A stretch of DNA of 64,000 bases from Azolla caroliniana (lineage: Eukaryota; Plantae; Polypodiophyta). The stretch covers positions 2,728,001 through 2,792,000 of the forward strand of contig JBHGNT010000010.1 in assembly GCA_043228905.1 (NCBI GenBank), in the 5' to 3' direction. This document shows positions 12,669 through 26,390 of this stretch, piece by piece. The translations under genes were made by a program, and so were the position numbers. Positions within the stretch are counted from its first letter, which is position 1. The number at the start of each line of letters is the position of its first letter. Under the pieces are notes generated by a model, which was not told where the DNA came from, did no database searches, and worked only from the letters and a program-made list of their open reading frames with translations.

Positions 12669-13706
12669 GTGCTCAAACTCACACACACAGTCCTACCGAT
12701 GCATACAATCACTCTCCTTTCTTTACATGGTATCAGAGCGTGTGGTTTTCTGATCAAGACAAATCGACTGTGGTGTTCTACATACCGACGATCAACAGAA
12801 CCGGTTCAAGAACCAAAGAAGAAATAATCATGAATACTCAGATGGGAAGCGCTCTTCCTACGGAGAAGCTCGACAGGACAAACTTCGCATCTTGGGATTA
12901 CAAGATGCATCAGTACCTTGTCAAACAAGGATACTAGAGCTATATTGAAGGAGCTCATGAAACGCAACCCAACCCAACACACGGTGACTATCCCGTTTGG
13001 GAACAGTCCGCAAGTCGTGCGTTGTATTGCCTTGAATCATGCGTACATAATCACATGCTCGGCTATATTCGAGAGAAGAAAACGCCAAAAGAAGCGTGGG
13101 GAAATCTCAAGAAGATCTTCGCGGCCAATACGGTTGCCCACAAGCTCCAGCTTCGTCAGGAGTTGAATGGCATTCAACAAAGGGACATGTCAATCATCAG
13201 CTACGCCTTGAAGATCAAGGCGTTGTGCAATGCCCTTTGGTCAATCAATGTTGGCATTGATGATGAAGAAATGGTGCCAATATGCCTCAGAGGCTTGGCA
13301 CCTCGATTCAGTGCAATAAGGTCCCCCGTCCTCGCAAGAGAGAATCCTCCCACCTTTTTCGATCTCCAGTCAATATTGTTGGTCGAGGAAAATCACGCCC
13401 GACAAAGGGGCAATGCACCAGAGGGTCGGATGCTCTACTCCCAGTCGGATGATAGAAGAAATTTCGGCCGTGGAAATAGAGGTCAATTCGAACAAGGCCG
13501 TCACAGTTAGCAGACCCAAGAGCATAACTCCCACCAATGGCAAGCGGACAGGAACAATCCCAGAGAGTTCGGCAAAAGGGGCAGTCATCACACCGGACCA
13601 AGCAATCATGATAACCCAATCAAATGCGGATACTGCGGAGAACTCGGTCACTACAAAAAGGAGTGCCAAAAGAAGAAGTGAGAGTTGGCTTTAACCATCC
13701 GACAAC

Positions 13707-13802
13707 TCACGAACTACACATCGAATTCCGACTACGACAATCGTAGCAGAATGTTCACGAATTACACATCGAATTCCGACTACGACGATCGTAGCGGAAT
13801 GT
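13707..13802 (+). repeat. 48-bp in-frame tandem duplication in Copia D
   Basis: TNYTSNSDYDNRSRMF / TNYTSNSDYDDRSGMF. Confidence 0.9.
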
Positions 13803-14522
13803 TCATGATGAGGCACAAAGCGCACTCAATAGTGACAGAAGGTGAAACAAGCACCATGCCCTCAGAGAATGTATGGTTTGTTGACTTGGGAGCATCCAAC
13901 CACATGACGTCTCATGAAGATTGGTTTCGGGAATTACGAAAACCCGAACGTCCTAGATATGTCAAGACAGGCGATGACACGACTCATCCAATACAGCATA
14001 TCTAGAATGTTCCATTCGGAAACGAAGGCAAACAAACCTACCTCAAGAACATACTGCATGTTCCTACCATCACGAAAAACCTTGTCTCGGTCGGCCAGAT
14101 TGTCGAACAAGGAATGCAAGTACGATTCAAAAATGATGGGTGCTTTATTGAAAGAGGTGATCGAGTTGTAGCTTACGGTCGTCGTGAAGGCCGTATGTTT
14201 GTCCTCGAATCGAACGAGGTAAAATTGGCAATGTTTGCAAAGGGCCTCAAAGTCGAAACTACCTAAACTTGTGGCACAAGAGAATTGGTCACATCAATCT
14301 CCAGAAACTTCAGAACATGCAATCGAAAGGAGTCGTAATCGAACTCCCAAACTTTACCGCGAAGGAGATTACGGGCATATGCGAAGCGTGCCAGTTTGAA
14401 AAGCAACGCCGAAATCCATTCCCAGAAGAGCAGAATGTGAGGAAAGGGATCCTGGATGTTGCACATTCAGATGTATGGGGACCGACCTAGACAACCACAC
14501 TCGACGGATGCCGATATTACGT

Positions 14523-14780
14523 TGTCATGAAGAATTTCGTCCAGAGGCGGAAACCGAGAAATATTGGCTACATTGGCAGGGTGCACCATGTGCACTCACC
14601 CTCGTGTAATTGTGTGAATAATAGGAGTTAAGTCGGGACGAAGAATCCCATGCAAATCAGGATTTATCCCACATTGTAATGCATCCCTCTCCTTGTTCTA
14701 TAAAAGGAAGGGATGGTCCCTTGTAGAAGAGTTGCCCATTTTGTATTAGTAGGGTATACCGTTAGACGGAGAGACATTCT

Positions 14781-14847
<67 letters not shown>

Positions 14848-15337
14848 TTAGGGTTTCTTCTTCTTCTTCTGCTTCTTCTTCTTCTTCGTCCTTCTGTGCG
14901 TCGAGCCTTGGCATCTAGCGTTCCAGTTTTCTACCCTGTACTCTGTGCAAGACCCCGCTCGGCACGACAAGCCCGAGAGCTCCCCGACCGGTAGCTTGGC
15001 AGTAGTCAACGGTTGTATCTCATGCGGCCTAGGTTCGGCTAGAAGTCGGTGTTGAATCTCGTTGTCTTGTAAATACATATACATTTGGTTGTGCATATTC
15101 GGGTCTCTGTTGGTGTGCGTGTGTGTGTCTTAGTGTTTCTTTCTGGCTTATGTACATGTTCGTGCGAGAGTCAATGTTGCATGCCTGCTCTCTCTCACTC
15201 TCTCCCTTCGGTTGCTTCTAATGTGCTCCTGGGGTGCCCTGGGAAAGGTGAAGCACGATTTCCTACGCTCCGTCACTCCCTAGTCCAAGACCCCCATGGT
15301 CCCCCCTTTCTCCACGCACGCACGTAACAACGCGACA
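14523..15337 (+). mobile_element. Solo-LTR-like element E1
   Basis: TGTCATGA...CGCGACA, flanked by ACGT on both sides. TATAAAAGGAAGGGA at ~14699 and a (CT)n tract; shares blocks with E2. Confidence 0.75.
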
Positions 15338-15341
15338 ACGT

Positions 15342-15888
15342 TGTTGTGAAGATTTCCGGCTACGGTGTGAAACCGGGATGGAATGGGCAAGTCGGCGGAG
15401 TGCAACATGTGCACACTTACAATGTAAAATGGTGTAAAGAATAAAGAGGGGAAATTTATCCCACATTGTAAGGTCCCTCCCTCCTTGGGCTATAAAAGGA
15501 AGGGAGGGGTCACTTGTGAAGCGGTTGCCTATTTTGAGTGAGAGAGGCATACCACTTAGGTCGAGGGTTTCCTACTTGGTTTTAGGGTTTCTTCTTGGGT
15601 TTCCTTTAGGGTTTTACTATACTTCTTTACTTGCTTATCCGGTTAGGGTTTTCTTGTAGTCTTTGGGTGAGGCCTATGCGGCCATGGTTATAATGTGTGT
15701 GGTGTTCTTCTTAATACAAACCATTTGTGTATCTTGCCTCCATCATTTTCTTGTTCAATGTTAATGTTTTATTCCTTCTCCTCTTGAGCTAAGCTTCCAT
15801 TTCATGTCTTACTCTTTCTCTACTCCCTAGTCCAAGACCCACGTGGTCCCGCCTTGGATCTTACATGCGCTCGCGGATTTTCATGACA
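15342..15888 (+). mobile_element. Solo-LTR-like element E2
   Basis: TGTTGTGA...TCATGACA, flanked by ACGT. Shares ATTTATCCCACATTGTAA, TATAAAAGGAAGGGA and CTCCCTAGTCCAAGACCC with E1. Confidence 0.75.
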
Positions 15889-17679
15889 ACGTCACGTTCA
15901 TCGACTACGTCTACACGCACACTTGGATCTACCTGATGAGACAGAAGATCGAAGTGTTTGGACTCTTCCAGAGGTTCAAAGCTGAAGTCGAAAAAACTAT
16001 GGGTTGGCACGGATGCTGCCTTCGATCAAATGGAGGCAAAAAATATTTCTCGAATGAGTTTACGGTGTATCTTCGAAAGGAAGAAATCCGACAAGAATTT
16101 TCATGCCGTCACACACCTCAGCAAAACAGTGTAGCCGAGTGGAAGAACCGTGGTTGCCTCCATCATATGACGTGAAGAATGCCTTCCTCCAAGGGGAATT
16201 AGAGGAGCAAGTGTACATGATCCAACCACCTAGCTTTGAATCGCGCAATCATCTAAACGTCGTGTGTTGACTCAAGAAGCCACTTTACGGCCTCAAACAA
16301 GCACCGCGTGCGTGACATTCGAAGATCACGTAGTATCTTCATCAAATCGGATTTTGAATGTCAAAATTTGATAATTTTGTGTACATCCAAAATGAGTCAG
16401 ATAGCCCGATCGTCATCATCCTTTACATGGATGATTTGGTCATCGGAGGAAAGGAGCTCGTCAAGATTAACAAGGTCAAATCACTTCTCTCTGGCAGATT
16501 CGAAATGAAAGACCTGCATGAGCTCCATTTCTTCTTAGGCATCGAAGTAATTCAAACACTAGTCGAGATAATGATCTCACAACGACACTACGTCCTCAAC
16601 TTACTCTACAAGTTCGGCATGACGGAGTGCAAACCTGTGTCCACCCCATTTGACCGTAATCTCAAGCTTGATGTCGATTCCGGAACAACCGAGTGCGAGC
16701 CAACTCAATATCGCCAATTGATCGGCAACCTCATCTACCTAACCATTACGCGACCCAACCTCAGCTATTCGGTCAACCTACTTAACCAACTCATGTAGAA
16801 TCCGAGAAACCTTCATCTTCATTGCGATAAGAGGGTACTTCGATACGCCAATGGTACGATGGATTACGGCATCAGATACAAGTCAAAGAAATACGATAAT
16901 TTGACTCGAAGGGTACACAGACGCAGACTAGGCAAGTTATAAAGCGGATAGTCGGTCAACACCATGATTCATCTTCTCCCTCGGCAGCGGAGCAATCTCA
17001 TGGAGTAGCAAGAAGCAACTGACAGTCGCATTGTCGAGCATGGAGGCCGAATACAAGGGCGTGACGGTCGCCGCGTGTGAAGCCTTATGGCTCAAGTGTA
17101 CACTAAAGGATCTAGGCGTACCCATCAAGGATCCAATTCGTCTATACTGCAACAACATGAGCAGTATCTACCTGGCGCAGAACCCCGTATTCCACTCGCG
17201 AACTAAGCATATCGAAGTGCACTAGCACTTCATCCGTGAACGCATGCAAGCCGAAGATATAGACTTACACCACATCATCACGAATCTACAGGTAGCCAAC
17301 ATTTTCACGAAAGCCCTAGGTATCGACAAGTTGCGGCAGTTCACGTCGAACCATGGCCTATCTATTCCCGACCAACCAAGCTTGAGGGGGAGTACAAAAT
17401 AGTGAACCGATCGATTGATCGAAGCTGAACAATCAAAGTTCGAAGCATTCCGAAGACCAATCCGAAACAATTTTTTGATATCCGGAAGTTGTGTTCGAAG
17501 GGGCATGTTGAGAATCGAACTCAACCTCCCATAGAAATAGGTTTCACACTAGCTCATGGACCTACCATGCTAGTTTTGGAAATAGTAGAAAGGGCCCTTG
17601 GCCTAGTTTAGTTGGTATTTAAACCAACCTTTTGTAACTTTGTTACTGTTGGAAGTAATACATGGTTTTCTCATCTTAA

Positions 17680-17729
<50 letters not shown>

Positions 17730-18300
17730 TTCTCATAATTGCTCACACACATACACACAGTCCTACCGTTGCATACAATCACTCTCCTTTCTTTACATAC
17801 AAGTCTTTTTTTTTTACAACGTTAGGTTATTGCATTCCTACCAAGTTTTAGTTAGAGCTCTCTTTATTAGAGATATGTATTAAAGTAAGCATTAGATAAG
17901 GATAGATCTAGGTAGATAGAAAGAAGAGAGAAAGAAGGGTGCCGATCCACCCGACCACCCCCGAGCAAAGGGATCGAGACGGACTCGAGCCTCGATCGGC
18001 GTCCCATACCACCGTTGTGGCGTCAAGTCGTATCTGGTGCTGGGGCGCTCGCTATAAGAGTTGACCCACCACAAGACAGAGTCTCGACGTAGTCAACCAG
18101 ATTCTGAAATGAGGGTAGCTAGGCCTCTATTTATAGCGATACTCAAGGCCCCCAGCCATGTTCACACTTGGCCTAATGGGTTGTCTCAATCCCGAGGATT
18201 TAAAAGTAATCCTCCCCTTCTTCACACTCTCGTTTAACCCTCACACTTATCCACGTGTATAGAATACTACGGTAAATTCTCACCACGGGATATTATATGG

Positions 18301-21300
18301 TCATGCCCGTAACATACTCCCCCTCTTTAAAACATTGCACTCTTGCAATGGAAAGTTAGGGAAGTTAGTTGTGAGAGTACTCTCGCGTTCCCATGTGGCA
18401 TCTTTTATTGATTTATCCATCCATTTTATTTTAAATTCTCGTATTTCTTTAGTACGTAATTTTTTTGTTTTAACATTGAGAATTCTTTCTAGTACATGTG
18501 GTTTAGAAGATACATCTTCAGAAGTAACCAGAGTTTCAGTTGTAACTGTATTGTCGCCAGAACCTAGAAGTTCTTTTAGACGACTCACATGAAAGACTAG
18601 ATGAATTCCAACACCATCGGGAAAAGCAAGACAATAGGCTGATGACCCAATCGGTTTGAGGGCTGTAAAAGGTCCACAAAACCGTGAGGCTAACTTAGCG
18701 CACTTACCCGTAGACAATGTCTTAGAATTGTGAGGTACACGTAAAAATACCTTCTGTCCAGGGTTGAATACACGAGGTTGCCTATGATGATCGGCATAAA
18801 AACGCGCTCTATCTTGAGCTGTTTTTATATTATCTCGTGCAATATGCAACATATCTTGCATATCCCAAAGAAAGTTTTGCGTACTTCGCAACTCATCATG
18901 ATGTATATTAACATCAATCGGGGCTCGCGGCTGAAAACCATACATCAACATAAAAGGACTATATCCCGTCGACGTATGCTTGGAGCTGTTATAAGCAAAC
19001 TCCAATATTGGGAGATAACGTTCTCATTTTGTTGGTTTTGCACCAACATATGCTCGAAGCATGTCCTCAATAATTTGATTTACTCGTTCTGTCTGCCCAT
19101 CGGATTGAGGATGATCCATGGAGCTCATGCTCAACGTAGTTTCTAACTTCTTAAAGACTTGTGTCCAGAAGTCACTAGTAAATTTTGGATCTCGATCACT
19201 CACGATATTCATCGGTAAGCCATAAAAACGAAATAACTCGTCAACGAATTGGTAAGCCAATTCAGGAGCTGTTACCGTGGTTTTAGTAGCAATAAATCTG
19301 GCCATTTTAGTTAGTCTATCAACCACAACCCAGATGGCATCATGGCCTTTTTGGGTGCGAGGAAGGCTAACAATAAAATCCATGGATATACTTTCCCACT
19401 TATTATTGGGAATGTCCAAAGGATGTAAAAGTCCTGCGGCTTTAAGTCGCTCAGCTTTGTTAACCTGACATTGGTGACATTTAGTCACATAGCTATGTAT
19501 GTCCGGACGCATCTTAGGCCAATAAAATTGAGTGGAGATGAGAACGAGTGTATGATGTATTCTAGGGTGCCCTGCCGAGGGTGCATCATGGCATTCAAAA
19601 AGAATCCTCTTTTTGACCTCGGGTAAATCTGGAACACAAACCTTCCCATTACGGTAGAGCAGACCGTTAGCAATGTGGAAGTATTCCTTCGAGGATGTGG
19701 TGGTGTTTGTTCCAGACTCAACTCTTGCCCAGTATTTTGCAAAATAACTATTATCAGGATACTTTCCTCGAAGGTGATCATAAAGATCTGATGATATTTC
19801 AGTGAAGCTAAGCATGTTAACTTCACGGATGCGACTTAGTGCATCAGCAACTGTGTTCATGGAACCTTTACGATATCGTATGGAAAAATCAAAGTCCTAG
19901 ATGAGATCAGCCCATCGTGCCTTACGACCTTTCAGGTCTTGTTGGTCAAAAAAATATTTCAAGGACTCGTGGTCCGTAGTTACCACAAAGCGATTTCCAT
20001 AAAGATAATGGCGCCATGTTTTGAGCACATGTATAACTGCAAATAATTCCTTTTCGTGAACGGTATACCAACATTGAGCGAAATCAAGTTTCTTACTCTC
20101 GAATGCTATTGGTTTACCATCTTGATATAAGACAACACCTATAGCATAATTGCTTGTATCGGTTTCAACCTCAAAAGGTTTTGAAGGATCGGGTAAAAGA
20201 AGTGAAGGAGTCTTGCATACCAGGTCCTTGAGTTCCTTAAAAGTGAGGTCTAGTGTAGCATTCCACACAATAGGTTTTGTAGACTTACGTGTTTGACCTT
20301 TTAGAAGATCAGTAAACGGCGTCGTCAATTGGGAGTAATTACGAAGGGATTTTCGCAAAAACCCGACAAAACCAAGGAATGATCGAACTTCTCGAATATT
20401 CTGAAGAGTGGGCCAAAGCTTGATTTTCTCGATGCGAGAAGGATCAATTTCAACTCCTCGTTCGGTTATGAGATGTCCAAGATAAGTAATTGATTTCTTG
20501 AAGAACTCACATTTTGAGATCTTCGCGTAAAACTGTTTGTCACGCAATGTTTATAAAACAAAGCGGACATGTTTAGCATGTTCTTGTAATGTACGGCTAT
20601 AAACTAAAATATCATCCAAGAAAATAACGACAAATTTTCCAAGTTGTTCTCGGAAAATGTGATTCATTTCTTATTGAAATGTAGTTGGAGCATTGGTCAA
20701 ACCAAAAACCCTAAACTCTAAACTCATAATGGCCATAGCGCGTACGAAATGCCGTTTTAGGAACATCGTCCTCACTTATACGAATTTGATGGTAGCCAAT
20801 ACAGAGATCAAGTTTCGTAAAATACCGAGCTCCCTGGAGACGGTCAATTAGATCGTCGGCCCGGGGCAATGGATACGAATTCTTGATCGTTACTTTATTC
20901 AAGCGCCGGTAATTAATACACATACGCCATGTGCCCTTTTTCTTTTTAACCAAGAGAACTGGTGCACCCCATGGAGATTTACTATAACATATATAACCCA
21001 TTCGTAAATAGTCCTTGAGTTGCTTAGATACCTCATCATCTTCGGATCAACTTAAGCGATAAGGAGGTATACTTATTGGTGCAACACCAGGTACAATATC
21101 TATACGATGGTCTATATTATGTTTAGGAGGTAAGCCATTTGGTAGTTCACTCGGAAAAACATCACAAAAATCATTTAAGATTTCATCAAGTTGTTGTTGT
21201 TCAAAATATGTTAATTGAACCGAGACATTATCGATATTGTAAACGTGAATGTCTGGATCAAGTACACAATAAAATAGAGTAGAACAAGACAACTCGGATA

Positions 21301-22735
21301 TTGATGGACACGGGGAAACAATCGAGAGGGATTGTTTTTTTACACATTGAATAAAATGAGTATAATCGTTCAGTACAAATGTAATTGAATGATGAACCCA
21401 ATCAATAGATAAAGAAGAGCTTTTATTATAGAACCAGGGATAACCCAGTATTACATCAGTGGTACAAAGATTCATTACATGGAAGTCTACTTCCTCTATA
21501 TAAGTGTCAATAGAAATTCCTAATGAATGAATCGCCCCGTTTATGTATTGTACTCTTCCATCAGCCAAGTGCACCGTGTATGTGTGATCACTTACGGTGG
21601 GTTGGATTCCCCATATCTGAACCAAACGATCATTCACAAATTTGTGTGAGCTTCCCGAATCAAATAAAAATTGTACGGGAGATCCATTGATATACCCGTT
21701 TGCATGTAGTGAATCATTGGGACCCAATACATAGTGAGGGAAAGAACATTGACAATTACTTAAATGATGTGTATAGACCTGAAGGACATTAGGAATCTGA
21801 CCTTTATGGTCTGCAACTTTAGCTTTGTTGTCGTGCTCTTTCCGTTGGAGCTTTCGACATTGATCTTTTGTATGACCCTTCTTTTTGCAGAATACGCAAA
21901 AAGGATGTTGTCGCTTACAATCGCGATCCATGAATTCGTTGGGTGTCTTGCGTTTCCCAGCGAATTGCGACTGCTTAGTCCCAGGCGCTTCGTTGGGTTT
22001 ATTGTGGTCCTTCTTCGAAGTGTGTTGATAGCGAAGAACTATTTCAACGGCCTCTTCGAAGGATTTTGGATCCTTATCGTGCACTATCCAGTGATAGTCC
22101 GAATTGGGGATGCCATTGACAAAACAAGCTATTAACCAATTGTCCCCTTCTAGACCCAACTTTTGGATTTGGGTTCTAGCATGGTGGACATAATCTTCTA
22201 GCAAGGAAAATTTCCGACTAGAGAGGTTCATTAAAGTTTGTGTTGCCTCGGTTCGAGAGGGAGGTTGCAGAAATTGGCCCTTGAAGACTGTGACAAAATC
22301 TGTCCAGGTATCGGGCAATTTCCCCAACGTACGGAGCCCACGCCACCAGGTGGCGGCCTTACCCCCTAGTTCTCGGCCGACATATGCAATCTTCGTACTA
22401 TCTGGCGTGGGATAGAGCTCAAAATGAGACTCCCATCGGCCCAACCACGTGCAAATTGCTTCTTTGGTTTTTTCCTTTTTGTCTCCCGTAAATGGCTTAA
22501 CGACAAACGATGGTTCACCCTGTCGCTCATCAGGTCTATTAGTCTCACGTTGTAGACTAATGACACGTGCCTCGAGAGCACTTTGAGATTGCCGAAGTTC
22601 GGTCATCTGTTGAGCGATGAAACTAAGGTATTGGGTTATTTGCGAAAAATACATCTCAATGGACATTTGTCTAGGAGGATTCCCTTGAGTTCCTTCCGCT
22701 TGAGCGGATGACATCGGGTCGTTATTTTGAGCCAT
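18301..22735 (-). pseudogene. Gypsy F gag-pol with C-terminal chromodomain
   Basis: Gag with CVFCKKKGH, protease FDSGSSH, RT, RNase H, integrase SMDF/SDRD/GQTER, chromodomain-like ERIL..KIKW...DATWE. Broken into several ORFs by stops and frameshifts. Confidence 0.93.
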
Positions 22736-23904
22736 TAAATGATTATTTCTGGAAAAGAAATAGGATAAGGTCAAAGAGATAGTCATAACATCATGTCGTG
22801 ATGTAAACATATCATGGGCAAACATTAATCGATATCATGATCTCACGTCAATACCCCTCTAGACATATGAGATGAGGTTCAAGATCAAGTTACTATGGTA
22901 ACACAAAGGTGTTTTAAAAACCATGGGGGTGACAAATAAATGTCTTTCCCTAATCTCTATATCGATTTTTTCATGGTGGCTCTCCGAGGCTTAACCATGT
23001 ATGTTCGCGTCATGAATAGTTTATACACGAAAAAAATGTTAACAACAAACTATGTTTCTGTGCCCACATATGTGGTTTCGGCTCTTTAAGTCCTATTACG
23101 AAGACCCCGAAGTGCACTTAGACCTCAAGTCTAAACATGTGTTATAATTATATGTATCAACGATATTGTATGGTCTTGGTCATATTTGAACTCGAGACCT
23201 CGAGAACAAATGCATTAAACACTTGAGCCAACCAAGTAGGTTGCTCCTCTTGAATGTTTAATGTTTCATGCGTAGAAGAGATATGCGAGGCATTTGCCCA
23301 TATATGTTTTTTTAAAAGAAACATATATGTCAAGAGTCCTTATTTCGCCCTCATTTACTACAACTATGTTGGTACGTTACCTAACCTCAAGTCTCGTAAT
23401 TACGATGGCATACGCCAAAGTGCAACCTAATGGTCAAGCCAAATGAGCCCTCTTTTCGTAGTAGGCCCACGTGGCCCATCACATGGTCACGTCATTACAA
23501 ATGCCTCTCGTAAGAATGATCTCATGGTGGCATCGTATCCATGTAATGAGGGAGGGATGTTGGATATGTGTGTCATAAGAGCGACCTCACATGAAGTGGG
23601 TCAAACCCTACGTACTCAACATCATTATGGCTATTGGCATTTCTTTACGTAATGAAATATCGAAGTCACCAATGGGGATTTCAACAATAAAAAATTGTTG
23701 AAAAAAGGGATGGTGACAACACGATTCTCACAAAAATGTGAGGACGGCCATCAAGATCCTTTCCCCAAAAAGGAAAACATTCGATTTAAAATCACGTAAT
23801 AACTTATATACACATATGTATATTATCACATATATACGATCAACTACGTATACACATGACCACATATGCGTATATAAAAGAAATCGTTATATTTAATGGC
23901 CAAA

Positions 23905-24180
23905 ATTGACGTAATCGAGATACGTAATTGAGGCATATACCTCTACGCACACAAGACATCCAAAAATAAGGGTTCAACGTAATACGCAATTGAGGTATTA
24001 ACCTCTTACGCATACGAGACCAAACGCATATCATTTACAACAAAATCGTGGTGTTGACCTCATACGCAAACGTAACATATGTTCGTGTACGTAATACGTA
24101 ATTGAGGTATTAACCTCGTACGCATACGACACTCATCACATATTATTTATATGTCAAACAAGGTATTGACCTCGTGCACA
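23905..24180. repeat. Degenerate tandem repeats in the leader of F
   Basis: Recurring TACGTAATTGAGGTATTAACCTC..ACGCATACG motif. Confidence 0.7.
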
Positions 24181-25804
24181 TATGTAAACGTTTTATATAA
24201 CCAATTAAATACCACTACAACATCATTTAATTAATGAAAATAATCTACATATTAACCATACACATGATTAGATGGGAGAAGAAAAAAATAGACCAAAAAT
24301 AACAAGAAAGATTACCGAAGTTCCTTGTGGATCCTTGTCTGCATGAAGGCCAACCGCACAATGATCGATCGCCATCCATCGAGAAGATAAGACCAACAAA
24401 AGAAAGATTAGTACATATGCTCAGATACCAAATATTAGAGACATGTACTAAAGTAAGCATTAGATAAGGATAGATCTAGGTAGATAGAAAGAAAGGAGAG
24501 AGAGAAAGAAGGGTGCCGATCCACCCGACCACCCCCGAGCAAAGGGATCGAGACAGACTCGAGCCTCGATCGGCGTCCCATACCACCGTCGTGGCATCGA
24601 GTTGTACCTGGTGCTGGCGCGCTCGCTACAAGAGTTGACCCACCACAAGACAGAGTCTCGACGTAGTCAACCAAATTCTGAAATGAGGGTAGCTAGGCCT
24701 CTATTTATAGCGATACGCAAGGCCCCCGGCCATGTTCACACTTGGCCTAATGGGTTGTCTCAATCCCGAGGATTTAAAAGTAATCCTCCCCTTCTTCACA
24801 CTCTCGTTTAACCCTCACACTTATCCACGTGTATAGAATACTACGGTAAATTTTCACCACGGGATATTATATGGTCATGCCCGTAACACTCTTCCTCTCA
24901 CTCTCTGCATTCCTACCTACTTTTCTATTTGAGGTTAAGGCTTGATTTATCCTCTTAAGCAATTATGCTCTATCCATTGCAAGTGGTTCATGACTTGAGA
25001 TAGACATTGTGGGTTACTGCTCGTGTGTGATGTTCTTGCATTTTTCCTTATATGTGATGATGTGCATGTAGAATTCATACAAAGATTGATATTTCTATCA
25101 TCTTTTGTTGGTTGCATGTAAATGAATGAACATCCTATTGTAGCTCTAAAGGGGTTGGGAATCAAATTACAATGGCATTCTTGGGAATAAGGTATCTCGT
25201 GGTTAGTATTGAAGGAGATGTGGAATAGGTAATCAATGTAACTGTAGCTTTAGTAGTTCTATGTGTGAACAACATAACTAGCACAATCATTGGTCCTTTC
25301 TTAACTTCCCTCTTAAATAATGCGCAAATAAAAAACGAAGTTATATGTGCATCCCAAATCACCAAATTTAACTCATCCTTAAATCACTAAGCCAATATTT
25401 GGTACAATACTTTGTGTCAGCCTATTTCCTCACTTTTGACATAATCCACAACTTCTTGTTGACAGTCCATTGAAAGATCTCTCACAAGGAAACTCACTTG
25501 CTCTTTTACATGGCATATCAACTTCCAAAAGAAGGGTTCTTGCAATTTGTGATATGTTCCAACAACTCGCATAGGAACTTTTGCATTGACCCATGAAGAA
25601 AACCTAAGAAGTGTCTTTTTATATGTGTTCTATGAGTTAATGGAGACCGTGCTTGGGGTTTTAGATTAATTTATCCGCATGATGATTGCATGAATTGGCT
25701 AAGAATCATGACCATATAGTTAAGTTCAAGTGGAGACGGGGAAGGGGGGGTTGTCGTGGTGGTATGATCATTAAATTGATAAGATATTTAGTTATTTGGT
25801 GCCA

Positions 25805-26390
25805 TTATGTCATATTGCGAATAACAATGATGAAGTAGGCTTGAATCTTCAAATTGTGGTCAATCATGGTTGTCATTGGATTGAAAAATTTCATGGTGAA
25901 TTCGAACAAGTTTGATGTGTGACAGTGTTGTGAAAGCAAGATCCAAGAGGTGTACATATGGTTGATATCAAGGAAGTAGCGAAGCTCATCAACATTATTC
26001 ACTTTGAACTTGGATGCAAATAGAGACTTTGCTTTCTTAATGACAACTAAATCTTCTCCTTCAATTATTAGGTCACCAACATACAAGAGGATGAAAGTGG
26101 TATTGTGAGACTTAGCTCACACGTAGAGGGAGTTATTTGACTTGGACATGTAAAGTTGATGTTATCCTTGATGTTTGCTTGAGGCCATATAATGGCATCT
26201 TGAGCCGTCACACCATGCACGGGGCATTCCAACTAGAATATGACTGATTACTGTCTGTAAACCTCATCCTCAACCTCTCCTTGCAAGAATGCATTCTTCA
26301 CACCCATTGAATGGAGGTGCCGCCAAATTATTGCAATGAGAACTACAATAGTTTGCATGACGGCCATTTTTGCCAAAAGAAAAGGTTGAA
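25805..26390 (-). mobile_element. Highly degenerate Copia RT fragment
   Basis: YVGDLII..DELRYFL..LLSQ in ORF 25805..26086; [14 protein letters not shown]-like sequence at ~26280-26320. Confidence 0.7.

Larger units (their letters stand above)
12443..17797 (+). mobile_element. Ty1/Copia element D (decayed, internal deletion)
   Basis: LTRs 12443-12727 and 17506-17797, TSD TACAA, PBS TGGTATCAGAGC at 12728. Gag LPTEKLDRTN is related to B and H; PR, IN, RT and RNase H survive as fragments. Confidence 0.95.
17865..24888 (-). mobile_element. Chromovirus-type Gypsy element F (decayed)
   Basis: LTRs 17865-18314 and 24433-24888 (about 14 substitutions and one indel), TSD CTCTT, PBS TGGTATCTGAGC at 24430-24419, PPT GAGGGGGAGTA at 18325-18315. 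Confidence 0.96.

Noticed and set aside
14523-15888. Single TIR element or TRIM with TGTCATGAA inverted ends
   Set aside because: The halves differ in length and sequence, are separated only by a third ACGT, and have no PBS or PPT between them.
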